A stretch of DNA of 64,000 nucleotides. Origin: Eledone cirrhosa (taxonomy: Eukaryota). The notes below the pieces were generated by a model. That model did not search any database. It was not told the origin of the DNA and worked only from the letters and a program-made list of their open reading frames with translations. The DNA is taken from the NCBI GenBank assembly GCA_964016885.1, contig OZ024744.1, forward strand, positions 124,496,001 through 124,560,000, written 5' to 3'. A program made the translations under genes and the position numbers. Shown here in pieces: positions 48,236 through 61,200 of this stretch (positions within the stretch are counted from its first letter, which is position 1; each line of letters starts with the position of its first letter).

Positions 48236-51200
48236 GTATTAAGGATACTATTTATGGTTATGTATATACTAAAACCTTTATATATATTTTAAACCCTAAA
48301 CAGTGAAAGACAGTAATTTATTACTACCTTATTACCAGTAAGATAAATAGCTCAATGTAATAACATCAGTTGTTCTACAGAGCAGTTATATAGAAATTAC
48401 AGGAATCAAAGTTCTGTTCAAACCATTTATTAGCTTACAATTGTTTCTTCCAAACCGAGGTTTGGAGTCTTCGGAGCAATTTTTCAATGATTGTTTACAT
48501 ACATGACCTCCTTTTCAACACAAGAGACATACAGAAACATATGTATATATTGATGCACAGTGGGTTGACATCAATTATAATATTTAGCATGGCAATTTAC
48601 ATTCAAAGTTTAAAGTCATATTAAAAGAAAATTAAAACAAAGTTAAAGTTAAAATATAACATTGGTAGTTTATGAAGATAGTTAGAAGTAGTTAGTGTAG
48701 GCAATAGTTACACGTGGGGCATGCACGTGTGTCTTATTTATATAAGATTATAGTGCGGCAAGGTGTTATATGGAATACAAGCACTTTAAGCGGGCAATCA
48801 AGAGTATTATGGGGGTTGTATTGGTAAAGTATGATATAGAAGCTTGTGTGCAGAGAAATATTAAAAATTAGAAGCAAAACAGTGTTATGGTTTTCGTATA
48901 CACCACCATTTTCACAATCAAGGAAATGTAATATATAGATTATATGTCCTTCACATAATCAACGATGATTCAATATTGGATGCTTGATGAATTAGGTTAG
49001 AATATTACAGCTTGTTGTTCTTTAATCCAATATTATAGAGCAGGTTGTTTTTGTTGCGAGAATTAACATCGTATTATTTTCCGGAAGTGTGTGTGTGATT
49101 AAGGGGAGTTAATGCGTGAGGGGAGGTAACTAGCTGATTTCTATAACCAAATTTATTATCCCAAATGAGTCCCTATCATATAAGGTTATAAACAGTTTCT
49201 AAATTTAAGTATCCTATCTTTAAATTACAGTCTAGTCTGTCAAGAAGTACTAAAGGTGTTCATATTAGGATGATTACCCTCTATAGAGTGCCACAACTGA
49301 ATATTCCACATGAAGAGTCAGATCCCCAGATCAATGATCTTTGTAAGTGTAGTCTACCCGCAGAACCTGGTAGGGTTTTATTAGAATCACTTCTATATAT
49401 AACTCCTGGTAAGCTCTGGGTCAGTGCATGTCTGATTTCATGGCAAAGTTAAATATCACTAGGGTAGACCAGAGATCAATTCTCATTTACAATGTCACTA
49501 ATCCGACCATCAAGTCATACATGTATGTATAACTCATATATCACTTGTACATAATTCATTGTACTCAGCATATAGGTTATATAGCTCTCTTATATTAATA
49601 AATAAATAAATAAATTAATTAATCTTCCATTTATCCAATGATGGCACTCCATACACAGAACAACATTAGCATAACCAATTCAGTGTTTAAAGTTTACATT
49701 AATTATATAGTGGTGTAATGTAGTCTAAGTAATTGAAGGCAATTATACCAAAAGTAGATGAACATAGGGATATATCTAGGGTAAAAGGTTCTAGAAGGAT
49801 GTCACTATTTGTGTTAAAGTGGATCATTGAGTGTGGAGATGTGGTGTAAGGTGTGCCCTTGAGGTTTGTTGCTAGAGTTGGTGACGGGTTCAAGTCTGAC
49901 ATTGTTATATATTGGGTTTAAAGTTTTGGAAGGAGTGTCGGAAGCGGTGCTGGCAAGACGCGAACACTTCTGATTTTTTATTAAGGAGGTTATGGTTTGA
50001 GAAGATAATAGTATGGGTCTCTAGTAGACAGAGGTTACAAAATTTATTAGGTGGTTTGTACGATGTCGCGTTACCTATCACTTCCCATTTAGGTGTATAA
50101 GATTTATTTTAGTTTTTAGATAGTGTATGTAGCTAGATAGTGAAGTGGAGTTGGCTAGACTGTGTTTTTTGAAAGAGTGGAGGTGCAAATTGTATCTGGT
50201 TTTGAAGCAGTTTGAAGTAGAGCCTATATAGGTTTCAGAAGAGTTGCTAGTTGTGACGGTGCATGAGTATATGATATCCTTGATTAGGCATTTTTTATCT
50301 AAAGGGCAGGTTCTATTTGATCTACAGTTACAATTATTCTGGGTGTTAGTCTGCCGGTTATTATGTTGTGTAGAAGTCTGGATGGTAGCTATAGGATTAT
50401 GGTTATGGGGGTTGTCGTTCCCAGCATTATTGCTTACACTAGTCCTATTACTATTATTACTATTGTTATCAGGGTTATTTGATATAATGTTATTTTGAAG
50501 GTTTATCGCCTGTTGTGATTTAGTTTGTTGGAAGTAAGAATTAATTTTTCTTTTATTGCTACTAGCTATGTGGTATGCTATGTTAGGCGTAGTAGAGTAG
50601 GAGATTTTAATAGTTTTTGTTTAAAAGGCTATGGTACTTGTGGCCATATGGGAAGTTTTTATCTAGGAGTGAGAAGAAAGCCCTAGGTAGGTTGGTAGAG
50701 ACGTTTAGATTGAAAGGAGGGTTGAAAAATGTATTATTTCTTCTTCTATTTTTGTTTTTTATGTCTGGTGAGTTGTTTCCTTTTATGGTTTTATGGTAAT
50801 TTCTGTGGTGTGGGTTACTTTTGTTGGCATCCTCCGTGTATGTGTGGTTGCTATTCTTATTACTAAATTTACTCATGGACATATTGTGCGAAATAATGTT
50901 GTAGCTATGTTTTTGTAGGTAGGAACTCGATCTCTATATTATGGCCTGATCTAGCTAATGCCTGATTATAATATTGCGAGTTTTTGCTAAATATGTTTAC
51001 GTCATAGGATAGATTAGAGATTCTATTGGATACTCCCTTAGAGATAGAGTTTAATATAGATCTAGGGTGGTTAAACTTGGTATCTACGTAAATGAGTTTT
51101 TCGTTAGGTTTATGGAAAGGTGTGTATATCTTTGAGTCTAGGCAGAGGGTGGCGTCGAGGAAGTTAACGTTTTTAGTGTTTTTGTCCATGGTGATACTAA

Positions 51201-52548
51201 GGTTATAGTTTTTGAATGTCTTGTGCAATAGTTTTCTAGTTCTTTCTATATTGAATTTTTTATAGTCTATAAGTAGAAGTGCATCATAGCGGTACAAACC
51301 ACCGTTGAGGTATGGAAGGTCCTTATGGATTTCGTTAAGTAAATATAGGCCGACCAAATCAGTGACCTGCGCCGAGTCACTAGATCCCATGGTTATGTCG
51401 AAGTTGTTTTGCGTATCTTTGCGGGTCCATAATTGGTCTTCAAAGGTGATTACGGTTTTACGGGCCGCAAGTATGACATCAATCTGGGGTCTAGTCAGGT
51501 CACTATTGTCCATGGCCATGATTAGTGTTTATTTAATAGGATAGGGGAAATAGAGGTGTAGTATGAATTGATATCAAATTGAATACATTTTTTATCCTTG
51601 TTATCCTTGATATCTTTGAACCATTCAATAACTTCACCCGTATTTCCCCATTGTTTAAGGTATATCTTGTGTTTAATCTGTGGGATGATTTTATCTAAAA
51701 TGTTCTTACTGATAATGCCAATGTCAGACTTGGAAGGGCAGATAAGTCTAATCGAGGGGTTGCTAATGAAGACCTCCTTATGGTCCTTCAGAGAGAATCT
51801 AGGGGGGTTTGGGGTATATGGTTGTGTATGTCTCTGAAGTCCTAGTTTGGACACTATATTATAGCCTTCCATATTAATATCTTCTAAGTTTTTCATAGTA
51901 GTTTTCTTGTAGCTTTTATGTAGTTCATTATATATAAACTTTCTATAAGTATTATAATCTAGGCTGTATATGTTATTAGTTTTGTCCGCATGTACAATAA
52001 TTCTATTAATAGTTTTGAATTCATTAATAGAGGTGTTAAGTTTGTTTAAGAAGGTGTTGTTTTTATTACGGTGCTTTTTGTATTTAATGTTCTTAACTAG
52101 TTTTATTAGGTCATTTTCAAAGGAGTTTAGTAGTGTGTTATGAGGGGGGGGGGGGGACTTCTAAAGGTTTTAAAGCCGAAGGAGTCAAATTTGTTAGTAT
52201 TATTAACCTTGTTAGATTTGTTTTTATCATAATGGAATGTCCTCCATCTCACTCTATTGATAAAGGAATTTACACTGTCGATCAATAATTTCTCATATGT
52301 ATTCTTGGATGGTATTGGTATGTTCTTGGTTGACATAGGCAGTTGGTCTTTGATCAGCATACTGGTAATTCAGCTCAACAGTATGGAGCAGTTAATAGTA
52401 TTAAGGATACTATTTATGGTTATGTATATACTAAAACCTTTTATAGTTATATATATTTAAAACCCTAAACAGTGAAAGACAGTAATTTATTACTACCTTA
52501 TTACCAGTAAGATAAATAGCTCAATGTAATAACATCAGTCGTTCTACA
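48236..52548 (-). mobile_element. Near full-length Penelope-like retroelement with pseudo-LTR direct repeats, frameshifted
   Basis: N-terminus STKNIPIPSK...RVRWR; RT motifs IRLICPSKSDIG, QFDINSYY, FDITMGSSDSAQ and GLYRYD; then FFNPPF, CNCR...CPL and a GIY-YIG domain at ~49930-50280. 48236-48378 is repeated at 52397-52548. Confidence 0.9.
48433..48477 (-). ncRNA. Variant type-I hammerhead motif (CCGAAGA core) at the PLE 3' end
   Basis: GCT-CCGAAGA-CTCCAAACC tc GGTTTGGAA-GAAA-CA at TG-TA-AGC; stem III lies in the palindrome ACAATTGT. Confidence 0.6.
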
Positions 52549-52989
52549 TTTTGGGGTTTGTTTTGATCATCGCTGCATCGCAGCTTTGTTTAAATAAAGG
52601 GTTTCTACTTTATTTTACAGTAATAACACTTTTACAAGGCTCGGATTGTTTTAATAATAAAGGGGCCATAAACATATTTTCGATTGAGGAGGGGCATGTA
52701 GCAGAAATGGTTGGGACCACTAAAGTTTTCCAGAGTTATTAATATTAATTCAAAATATTAACAAAATAGATATTCTTGTGATCAATTATATTTTATACAT
52801 ATTTCAGAGGTGCAGAGTTAAGTTTTACAGTAAAATAGGATGATGCATGACATACCCTGACATAGAAGATGGTTAAGATTCAGTCATGGTGGTGATTAAC
52901 ATATGACAAAACTCAATATTCATACCCTAATATTGAGAACATGAGATAACATAAAACAAAAAATAGGGAGGGTGCGTGTAATACAGCTT

Positions 52990-53598
52990 GGGGAGAGAGT
53001 TTGTTTGTTTAGTGAGAGAGGGGGAATTGAGAGAGAGTGAGGTATGTAGTGGGATATAGAGAGGGGGAGAGAGTTTGTTGGTTTAGTGAGTGGGGGGAAT
53101 TTTGAGAGAGCGAGGTATGTAGTAGTATATAGAGAAGGGGAGAGAGTTTGATGGTTTAGTGAGAGAGTGAGGTATGTAGTGGGATATAGAGAGGGGGAGA
53201 GAGTTTGTTGGTTTAGTGAGAGAGGGGGAATTGAGAGAGAGTGAGGTATGTAGTGGTATATAGAGAAGGGGAGAGAGTTTGATGGTTTAGTGATAGAGTG
53301 AGGTATGTAGTGGGATATAGAGAGGGGGAGAGAGTTTTTTGGTTTAATGACAGAGGGGGAATTGAGAGAGAGTGAGGTATGTAGTGGGATATAGAGAGGG
53401 GGAGAGAGTTTGATGGATTACTGTGATATGAGAAATTTAGAGAGAGTGAGGTATGTAGTGGGATATAGAAAGGGGGATAGAGTGTGTTTGTTTAGTGAGA
53501 GAGGAGGAATTGTGAGAGAGTGCGGTATGTAGTGGGATATAAAGAGGGGGAGAGAGTTGGTTTGTTTAGTGAGAGAGAGTGAGGTATGTACTGTGATA
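52990..53598. repeat. GA-rich minisatellite with ~55-70 bp units, about 9-10 copies
   Basis: gagagagtgaggtatgtagtgggatatagagagggggagagagtttgWtggtttagtga with an optional gagagggggaatt insert. Confidence 0.9.
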
Positions 53599-53599
53599 T

Positions 53600-56500
53600 A
53601 TATTTCTATTTATTTGCCACCAGGGCATCAAAGATTGGGACAAATACAAAGGGGGGAGTTTACATACATTTAAAAAGACGTGTAAAAACATATAACAAAT
53701 TAAATTTAACAATCGATGTCCTCAATAGGGAGGGGCGTTGACATGGGTCGCACACACCCCCGAAAAAATGTGCAACCCTCCTCTTCAGGAGCACAAAGAG
53801 CGGGTGCTTCCTTCCTCTTCTCATTCTTCTCCTCTCTCACCTACAGGCTGATATAGAGAGAAGGCCCATTCACTCGGGCCATTCTCGCTACTTTCACCAT
53901 CTTTCATAAAACTTGCTGGGGTAGAGCACCTCTCTCTCCATTCTGATCCTTCTTCTAAAGTGGTACTTGAAAAAAAAGACCAGTTGTTGGCCGGAGAGAT
54001 AGGTGTCTGACCTCAGCCCTTTCAACCTTGTCCACCATACAACTTCTTTCGCCATGGCTATCACACAGAGGAAAACCGCCTCTCCTTCGTTTTTGAAAGG
54101 GGGAGGCGGTTTGATTGTGACAATGTTCTCGGTGGTCAACCGGATTGGTCCCACCCGCGACAGTAGTCGTTCTACATAGCCCCACAGGTCAGCAACGCCC
54201 GGGCAGTGTACGAATTCGTGTGCGACGGTTTCCTCGTCACGCACGCATCTTGGACAGATCTTCTTCGAGGGGTCCCTACCCGGGCGCCCGTGTCTGTAGA
54301 GCTTGTCCCGAACGGGTAGAGCTCCTCGGTAACATTGCCAAGCCAGGGACTTTTGGAAGTTGTCCATCGGTCCCGGGCCAAACGTCCTACCGAACAGACT
54401 GGCCAGCTCGTCTTCCTGCATGCCCAGAGCCTCTCCGAGAGCGTCGTCGCACTTACTGCGCACCAACCCTCTATAGAATGGTGAGGTTGAGTCTCCACTG
54501 ATTGCCGGATCCGCTTGCCAGAGGGCCGTGAGCGCCTGGGCACATTCAATGTGCCAGTCGCCCACTTTTCTCGGTCTTTGTTGACCCAGAATTGCAGCTC
54601 GGTGAATGAGACGAGTCTCGGAAAGGCTCGCCTCACAAACAGGGCCCACACCGGCTGACCGGTGAGGAATACCTGGAGGTGCCGTAGCCTTAATGCGTGT
54701 CTACGCATCGTCAGCCACGGCATCCCCAGCCCTCCGTTCGAAGGGTGTTGACAGCAGATGGATCTTCTCACCAAAGGAGCCCGCTTCTTCCAAAGAAATC
54801 GGAAGAGCGCGCGCTCCATTTTAGCGAGTGTTTTCTCTGGGCAAGGCACGACGGTCAAGCGGTAGTAGATGACGGATGCTATATAAGCGTTCGTCACCTC
54901 CGCTCGACCTTTCAGGGATAGTTTGCACTCGGCCCACTTCTTGCCCGTTACCTCGTCCCAGTTTTTCTCCACCTGGAGGTCCGGTCCGAACCAGACCCCG
55001 AGCAGCTTCACCGGTCCCTCCGTCCAGCGTCCGACGATGCCGTCGGAGGGCATCGTTTTGCCCCTCCACGTACCGAGTTGCAAACCGACGGACTTGTCCC
55101 GGTTCAGCTTGGCTCCTGTGAACCTTTCATATTCCTCCAGTAAGGTGCCGATCTGCCCAATTTCCGAGGCGCACGACACCACTACTGTCACGTCATCGGC
55201 GTAGGCCGACACCGCTTTCCGCAATCCCGGTTCCAAGGGGATGCCCTGCAACAGCTCCAGCTTCCTCAGTAGTGGCTCGAGAGCCAGCACATACAGGAGG
55301 GAGGAGAGAGGGCATCCCTGTCGAATGGATCGCGTGATTTGGAACGGCTCCGAGAGGTCCATTGCAGCAATCCAGCCCCTGAAAACGGGTCCGAAGCCTA
55401 CCGCCGCGAGCACCGCATCCAGGTACCGATGGTCAACCCTATCGAACGCTTTAGATTGATCCAAGTTGATCAGGGCCCCACCAAAGCCGGGTTCGTTCCC
55501 TACCCTCTCTACGATGTATCGCATGAGGTGGAGGTTGTCGTGTATGGACCTGGACGGGATTGCGCATGTCTGCGCTTCTCCCACCAGGTTCCCGACGACA
55601 AGCGCCAACCTCTTCGCTAACACCTTGGCCAAAATCTTGGCCAAAATCTTCCAAATCCATGGCCCCACCCGGCCCGCCGCCCCTCCCGAACAGTCGTGCA
55701 AAGCGCCGTTGAAAGGCCGCGCTCATCCGCTCAGGTTCAAGGATCACGCGTCCATCCTGGTCCTTCAAAGACCGAATCGTGGACTTGTTTCCACTTTTTG
55801 CCTCTGTCACTCGGGCCCAGCTAACAGCTTTGGCTCCCTCGTTACCCAGAGCACGTATTTTACTCCTGACAACGCAGCCCTCGTGCTTCGCATCAAAGAA
55901 CTGGTCTAGGGCCGTTCTTGACGCCAGCACGCCGGCCACGTTGCCACTCCTAATCGCCTCTTCTACTTTATCTATTAATTCCCTTTCAGTTCTATTCCTA
56001 TCTGATGCTAATTCCCGACTAAAACCTATCGATTCTATTCTAATTTCTCTCTTGAGAGAGCCCCACCACCTGTTGTTGACAATTGCCCCCGTCAAACGCT
56101 GCTTAACTAGTGTGCTAATCCGCTTACTGTAAGCTTTGTTTGTCGGTAAAGACAAGTTTAGCTTCCAGTAACCGGGTCCCTGTTTATGAGTTCTATCAAG
56201 GTTGACCACTCCGGTCAACAACTTGTGATCCGAATAGTCAACCATGAACATTCGTGGACAGCTTAATATGTCCCTATCCTTATTTCTAACTAGGAACCTA
56301 TCTAGGTACGACCTGGATGTTCCACTGCGATTACTCCACGTCCACCGTGGCACAGTCGGAAAATCCAGTCGATATCTATCGGCCAGATCAGATCGGCCGA
56401 TTAATCGTTTGAGGCTGTTACACCCCCCTCTATCGGGACATGCCCCTACATAGTCCCAACGTGCATCCAGGATACCATTCCAGTCCCCCACTAAAAGCAA

Positions 56501-58170
56501 GGAGCGAGACGTTCCCAGGAAATTCTCCAGGCGTCGGAAGAAGTCCGGTCGCGGTGTCCCCGATGGGGCATACGCTGCCACCAGCCTGAAAGCTCCACCT
56601 TCACCACTGCCGACGTCTAAAACCACCAGTCGACCCTCCGGGTCCAGGTGTACCTTCTGTGTGGCAAGACCCAGGTATTTTCGCAGCAGAACGACAACCC
56701 CACCCCCACCCCTCGGCTGACAGAGAGATGCGTAGATCTCAAAGTCGTCGAAGATGGGGGCCAGTTGGCGCTCCTTGCTGATCCTGGACTCGCAAATAAC
56801 CATTACATCCACTCTGTGCGACCTGAGGTCATTTAAGAGTTTGCTCTGTTTCCAGGACATCCCCAGGCCGCGTGCATTCACACATCCAACTCTTATATTG
56901 GCCATGTTGGTGCTGAAGAGGTAAAAAGGAAGAGGAAAGGAAATTACTTACCTCTTCGTCTCCTGGGGACCAGGCTGCACAATTTCCATGGGGGTGTTGG
57001 AAGGGTTGTTTGGTGGGGTAGTGGTTTGTGGTGGGGTGAGGACATCAGTGTGTGGTGGGATTGGGGTGTGGGTGTCTGGTGTGGGGTGGGGAAACATCTC
57101 AATAGGACGCTGTTAAGTAGTTTGGTGCAGGTGGTCCCCACATGCATTGGATGGTTCTTTTTCAGAGTTACACAGGCTTCCATTGGGACCCTAATCATCA
57201 TTAGGTGCGGTTTGTCCGCTGCGTAGGTGAAAGTGATCCCTTCGGTTTCCACCGAAGGGTTATTGTCTATTGCTTTCATCAAAGTTTTATTGTTCTTGTT
57301 AATGTATGTATAGAGTTTTTGTTGTGTTATGTTTGTTTTTGTTTTTGTTTGTTGTTCTTGTGCGTGTTTGCGTTTTGTAGTATGTGTTATGTTTTCGGGA
57401 GGGGTGGTTTTTTTGTTTGTGATGTTTGTTCTGTTTGTGCTGGTGGTTGTGTATTTGTTGCATTTTTGTTAATGTGGTGACTTTTTTTTGTCTTTTCACC
57501 TGTTGAAAGGGTTCTCCCTCGTCGTCACTGGTTGACGTTGATACGGAGTCCTCTTCCGTGTTGTTGGGGAGGGGTATATTTGGGTGTTTTGTTGTGGTTG
57601 CTTTTGTATTTGTTTTAGGTGGGGAGGGGTTGGGTGGAACAGTGTCTTGTGTTGTTATTTTTCCGTGTTGTTGTTGTTGTTGTTGTTGTTGTTGTGGTGG
57701 TGGTGGAGGTGGTGGTGGTGGTTGTGTTGTTGTGTTCGGGGTTGGCAGAAGAGCTTTTTTTTTTACTCGTTAATTTTGGACAGGCAGCCCTCAGGTGACC
57801 CCTTCTTAAGCAGTGGTATCATGACGGCCGCCTTCCCTCCACGAAATGTTTATATAAGTTAGCCCGTCCAGAGGCACGCGTTGTGGGATATTCGCTATTC
57901 GTTCTGGGATCATTTGCACCAGATCTTCTACGCTGGTCCCACTAAATACACCTCCGGAGGACTTTCCTACTGATATTATCCTGTCTTCATCAAAGTCAAT
58001 GAATCCACATAGTATCCACCAAATATTTACATTTGGTGTGATATTCATAATTTTTATTCTTTGTGTACTTTTTCCCCTGTATGTGGAGAAAAAGGTGAAG
58101 CGGGGAGACACAATGGGTGATACAGAGTATTTTTGTGCTGTTGGCTGGTTATTCATTAGCACCGAAATGC
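53600..58170 (-). mobile_element. Tx1/L1-clade LINE, copy 2, near full length but decayed
   Basis: ORF1 fragments include a CCHC knuckle (S*YHCLRRGHLRAAC at 57780-57821). ORF2 has APE (55451-56905), RT with YADD (54172-55701) and C-terminal CPRC...EETVAH...C (53894-54649). The 3'UTR ends gtggcaaataaatagaaat. Confidence 0.92.
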
Positions 58171-58219
58171 TTGGTTTAGTGAGAGGGGGAATAGAGAGTG
58201 ATTCAGGTATGTAGTGGGC

Positions 58220-61200
58220 TAAGTCTAAGTCTTGGGGTTGCGGTTTAAGTGTAAGTCTAAGGCATTGGGTTTGGGTTTAAGTCTAAGTCTAAGGCTTGTG
58301 GTTGGGGTTATGTCTAAGTCTAAGGCTGGGGGTTGGGGTTTAAGTCTAAGTCTAAGGATTTGGGTTTGGGTTTAAGTCTAAAGCTTGGGTTTAGGGTTTA
58401 ATGATAAGGCTTGGAGTTGGCGTTTAAGTCTCAGACTAAGGCTTGGGTTGGGGTTTAAGTCTAAGTCTAAGGCTTTGTGTTGAGGTTTAAATCTAAGTCT
58501 AAGGCTTGGGGTTGGGGTTTAAGTCTAAGTCTAAGGCTTGGGTTGGGGTTTAAGTCTAAGTTTTGGGGTTAGGGTTTAAATCTAAGGCTTGGTGTTAGGG
58601 TTTAAGTCTAAGTCTAATGCTTGTGGTTGGGGTTTATGTCTAAGTCTAAGGCTTGGGGTTGGGGTTTAAATCCAAGTCTAAGACTTTGGGTTTGGGTTTA
58701 AGTCTAAACCTAAGGCTTGGGGTTGGGGTTTAAGTCTAAGTCTAAGGCTTTGTGTTGAAGTTTAAGTCTGAGTCTAAGGCTTGTGGTTGGGGTTTAAGTC
58801 TAAGTCTAAGGCTTGGGGATGGGGTTTAAGTCTAAGTCTAAGGCTTTGTGTTGAGGTTTAAATCTAAGTCTAAGGCTTGGGGTTGGGGTTTATCTAAGTC
58901 TAAGGCTTTGAGTTGATGTTTAAATCTCAATCTAAGACTTTGGGTTGAGGTTTAAGTCTAAGTCTAAGGCTTGGGTTGTGGTTTAAGTCTATGTATTGGG
59001 GTTAGGGTTTAAATATAAGGCTTGGTGTTAGGGTTTATGTCTAAGTCTAAGGCTTGGGGTTGGGGTTTAAGTCTACGTCTAAGGCTATGGGTTGAGGTTT
59101 AAATCTAAGTCTAAAGCTTGGGGTTGGGGTCTAAATCTAAGTCTAAGACTTGGGGTTGGGGTTTAAGTCTAAGACTAAGGCTTGGGTTTGGGTTTCAATC
59201 TAAGCATAAGTCTTCGGGTTGGGGTTTAAGACTAAGTGTAAAGCTGGGGGTTGGGGTTTAAGTCTAAGTCTAAGGATTGGGGTTGGGGTCTAAATCTAAG
59301 TCTAAGGCTTGTGGTTCGGGTTTAAGTCTAAGCCAAGGGCGTGGGATTCGGGTTAACATCTAAGTCTAAGGCTTTGGGTTTGGGTTTCAGTCTAAGTCTA
59401 AGGCTTGGGGTTGGGGTTTAAGTCTAAGGCTTGTGGTTCGGAGTTAAGTCTATGTCTAAACCTTGCGGTTGGGGTTTAAGTCTAAGTCTAAAACTTGTGG
59501 TTGGGGTTTAAGTTTGAGTCTAATGCTAGGAGTTGTGGTTCAAGTCTAAGTCTAAGGCTTGGGTTTGGGTTTCAGTCTAAGCCCAAGTCTTGGGGTTGGG
59601 GTTTAAGAGTAAGTGTAAAGCTTGGCGTTGGGGTTTAAGTCTATGTCTAAGGATTTGGGTTAAGGTTTAAGTCTAAGTCAAAGGCTTGGGTTTGGGTTTT
59701 AAGTCTAAGCCTGGGGTTCGGGTTTAAGTCTAAGCTTGGGGTTCGCGTTTAAGTCTAAGTCTGAGGCTAGGGTTTGTGGTTAATGTCTCAGTCTAAGGCT
59801 AGGGGTTGGGGTTTAAGTCTAAGTCTAAGATTTGTGGTTGGGGTGTATGTCTAACTCCAAGGCATTGTGTTAGGGTTTAAATCTAAGTGTAAGGCTTAGG
59901 GTTGTGGTTCAAGTCTAAAGCCAAGGCTTGGGGTTGATGTTTAAGTCTAAGGCTTGGGCTTAGGGTTTAAGTCTAAGTCTAAGACTTGGGGTTGGGTCTA
60001 GGACTTAAAAGGCTTGGGGTTGGGGTTTAAGTCTAAGTCTAAGGCTTTCTGTTGAAGTATAAGTCTGAGTCTAAGGCTTGTGGTTGGGGTTTATGTCTAT
60101 GTCTAAGGCTTGGGGTTGGGGTTTAAGTCTAAATCTAAGGCTGGGGTTGGGGTCTAAATCTAAGTCTTAGGCTTGGGGTTGGGGTTTAAGTCTAAAGCTG
60201 GGGGTTAGGGTTTCATGCTAAGGTTGGAGTTGGGGTTTAAGTCTAAGACTAAGGCTTGGGTTTGGGTTTCAGTCTAAGCCTAAGTCTTGGGGTTGGGGTT
60301 TAAGAGTAAGTGTAAAGCTTGGCGTTGGGGTTTAAGTCTACGTCTAAGGATTTGGGTTAAGGTTTAAATCTAAGGCTAAGGCTTGGGGTTGGGGTCTAAA
60401 TCTAAGACTTGTGGTTCGGGATTAAGTCTATGTCTAAGCCTTGTGGTTGGGGTTTAAGTCTAAGTCTAAGGCTTGGGGTTGGGATTTAAGTCTAAGTCTA
60501 AGACTTGAGGTTGGGATTTAAATGAAGGTCTAAGGCTTGCAGTCGGCATGTAAAGTTAAGTCTAAGGCTAGGAGTTGGGGCTCATGTCTAAGTCTAAGGC
60601 TTGGGGTTGGGGTTTAAATCTAAGTCTAAGGCTTGGGGTTGGTGTCTAAATCTAAGTCTAAGGCTTGGGGTTGGGGTTTAAGTCTAAGTCTTGGGGATAG
60701 TGTTTAAATCTAAGGCTTGGGGTTGGGGTTTAATTCTAAGTCTAATGCTTGTGGTTGGGATTTACATCTAAGTCTAAGGCTTGGAGTCGGGGTTTAAGTC
60801 TAAATCTAAGGCTTGGGTTGGGGTTTAAGTCCAAGTCTAAGTCTTTGGGTTTGGGTTTAAGTCTAATTCTAAGGCTTTAGGTTGAGGTTTAAGTCTAAGT
60901 CTAATGCTTAGGTTTGAGGTTTAAGTCTAATTCTAAGGATTGTGGTTGGGGTTTAAGTCTAAGGCTTGTCGTTCGGAGTTAAGTCTATGTCTAAGCCTTG
61001 CGGTTGGGGTTTAAGTCTAAGTCTAAGGCTTGTGGTTTGGGTTTAAGTTTGAGTCTAATGCTAGGAGTTGTGGTTCAAGTCTAATTCAAAGGCTTGGGAT
61101 TGGGTTTTAAGTCTAAGTCTAAGGCTTGGTGTTGGGGTTTAAATCTAAGGCTTGGGGTTAGTGTTTAAGTCTACTGCTTGGTGTTGTGGTTTAAGTCTAA

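Noticed and set aside
57819-57821. In-frame TGA at a Cys position of the ORF1 zinc knuckle (and a TGA at 29016 in a PLE) as selenocysteine
   Set aside because: Both are single substitutions in copies with many other lesions, the PLE site corresponds to Trp, and no SECIS was identified.
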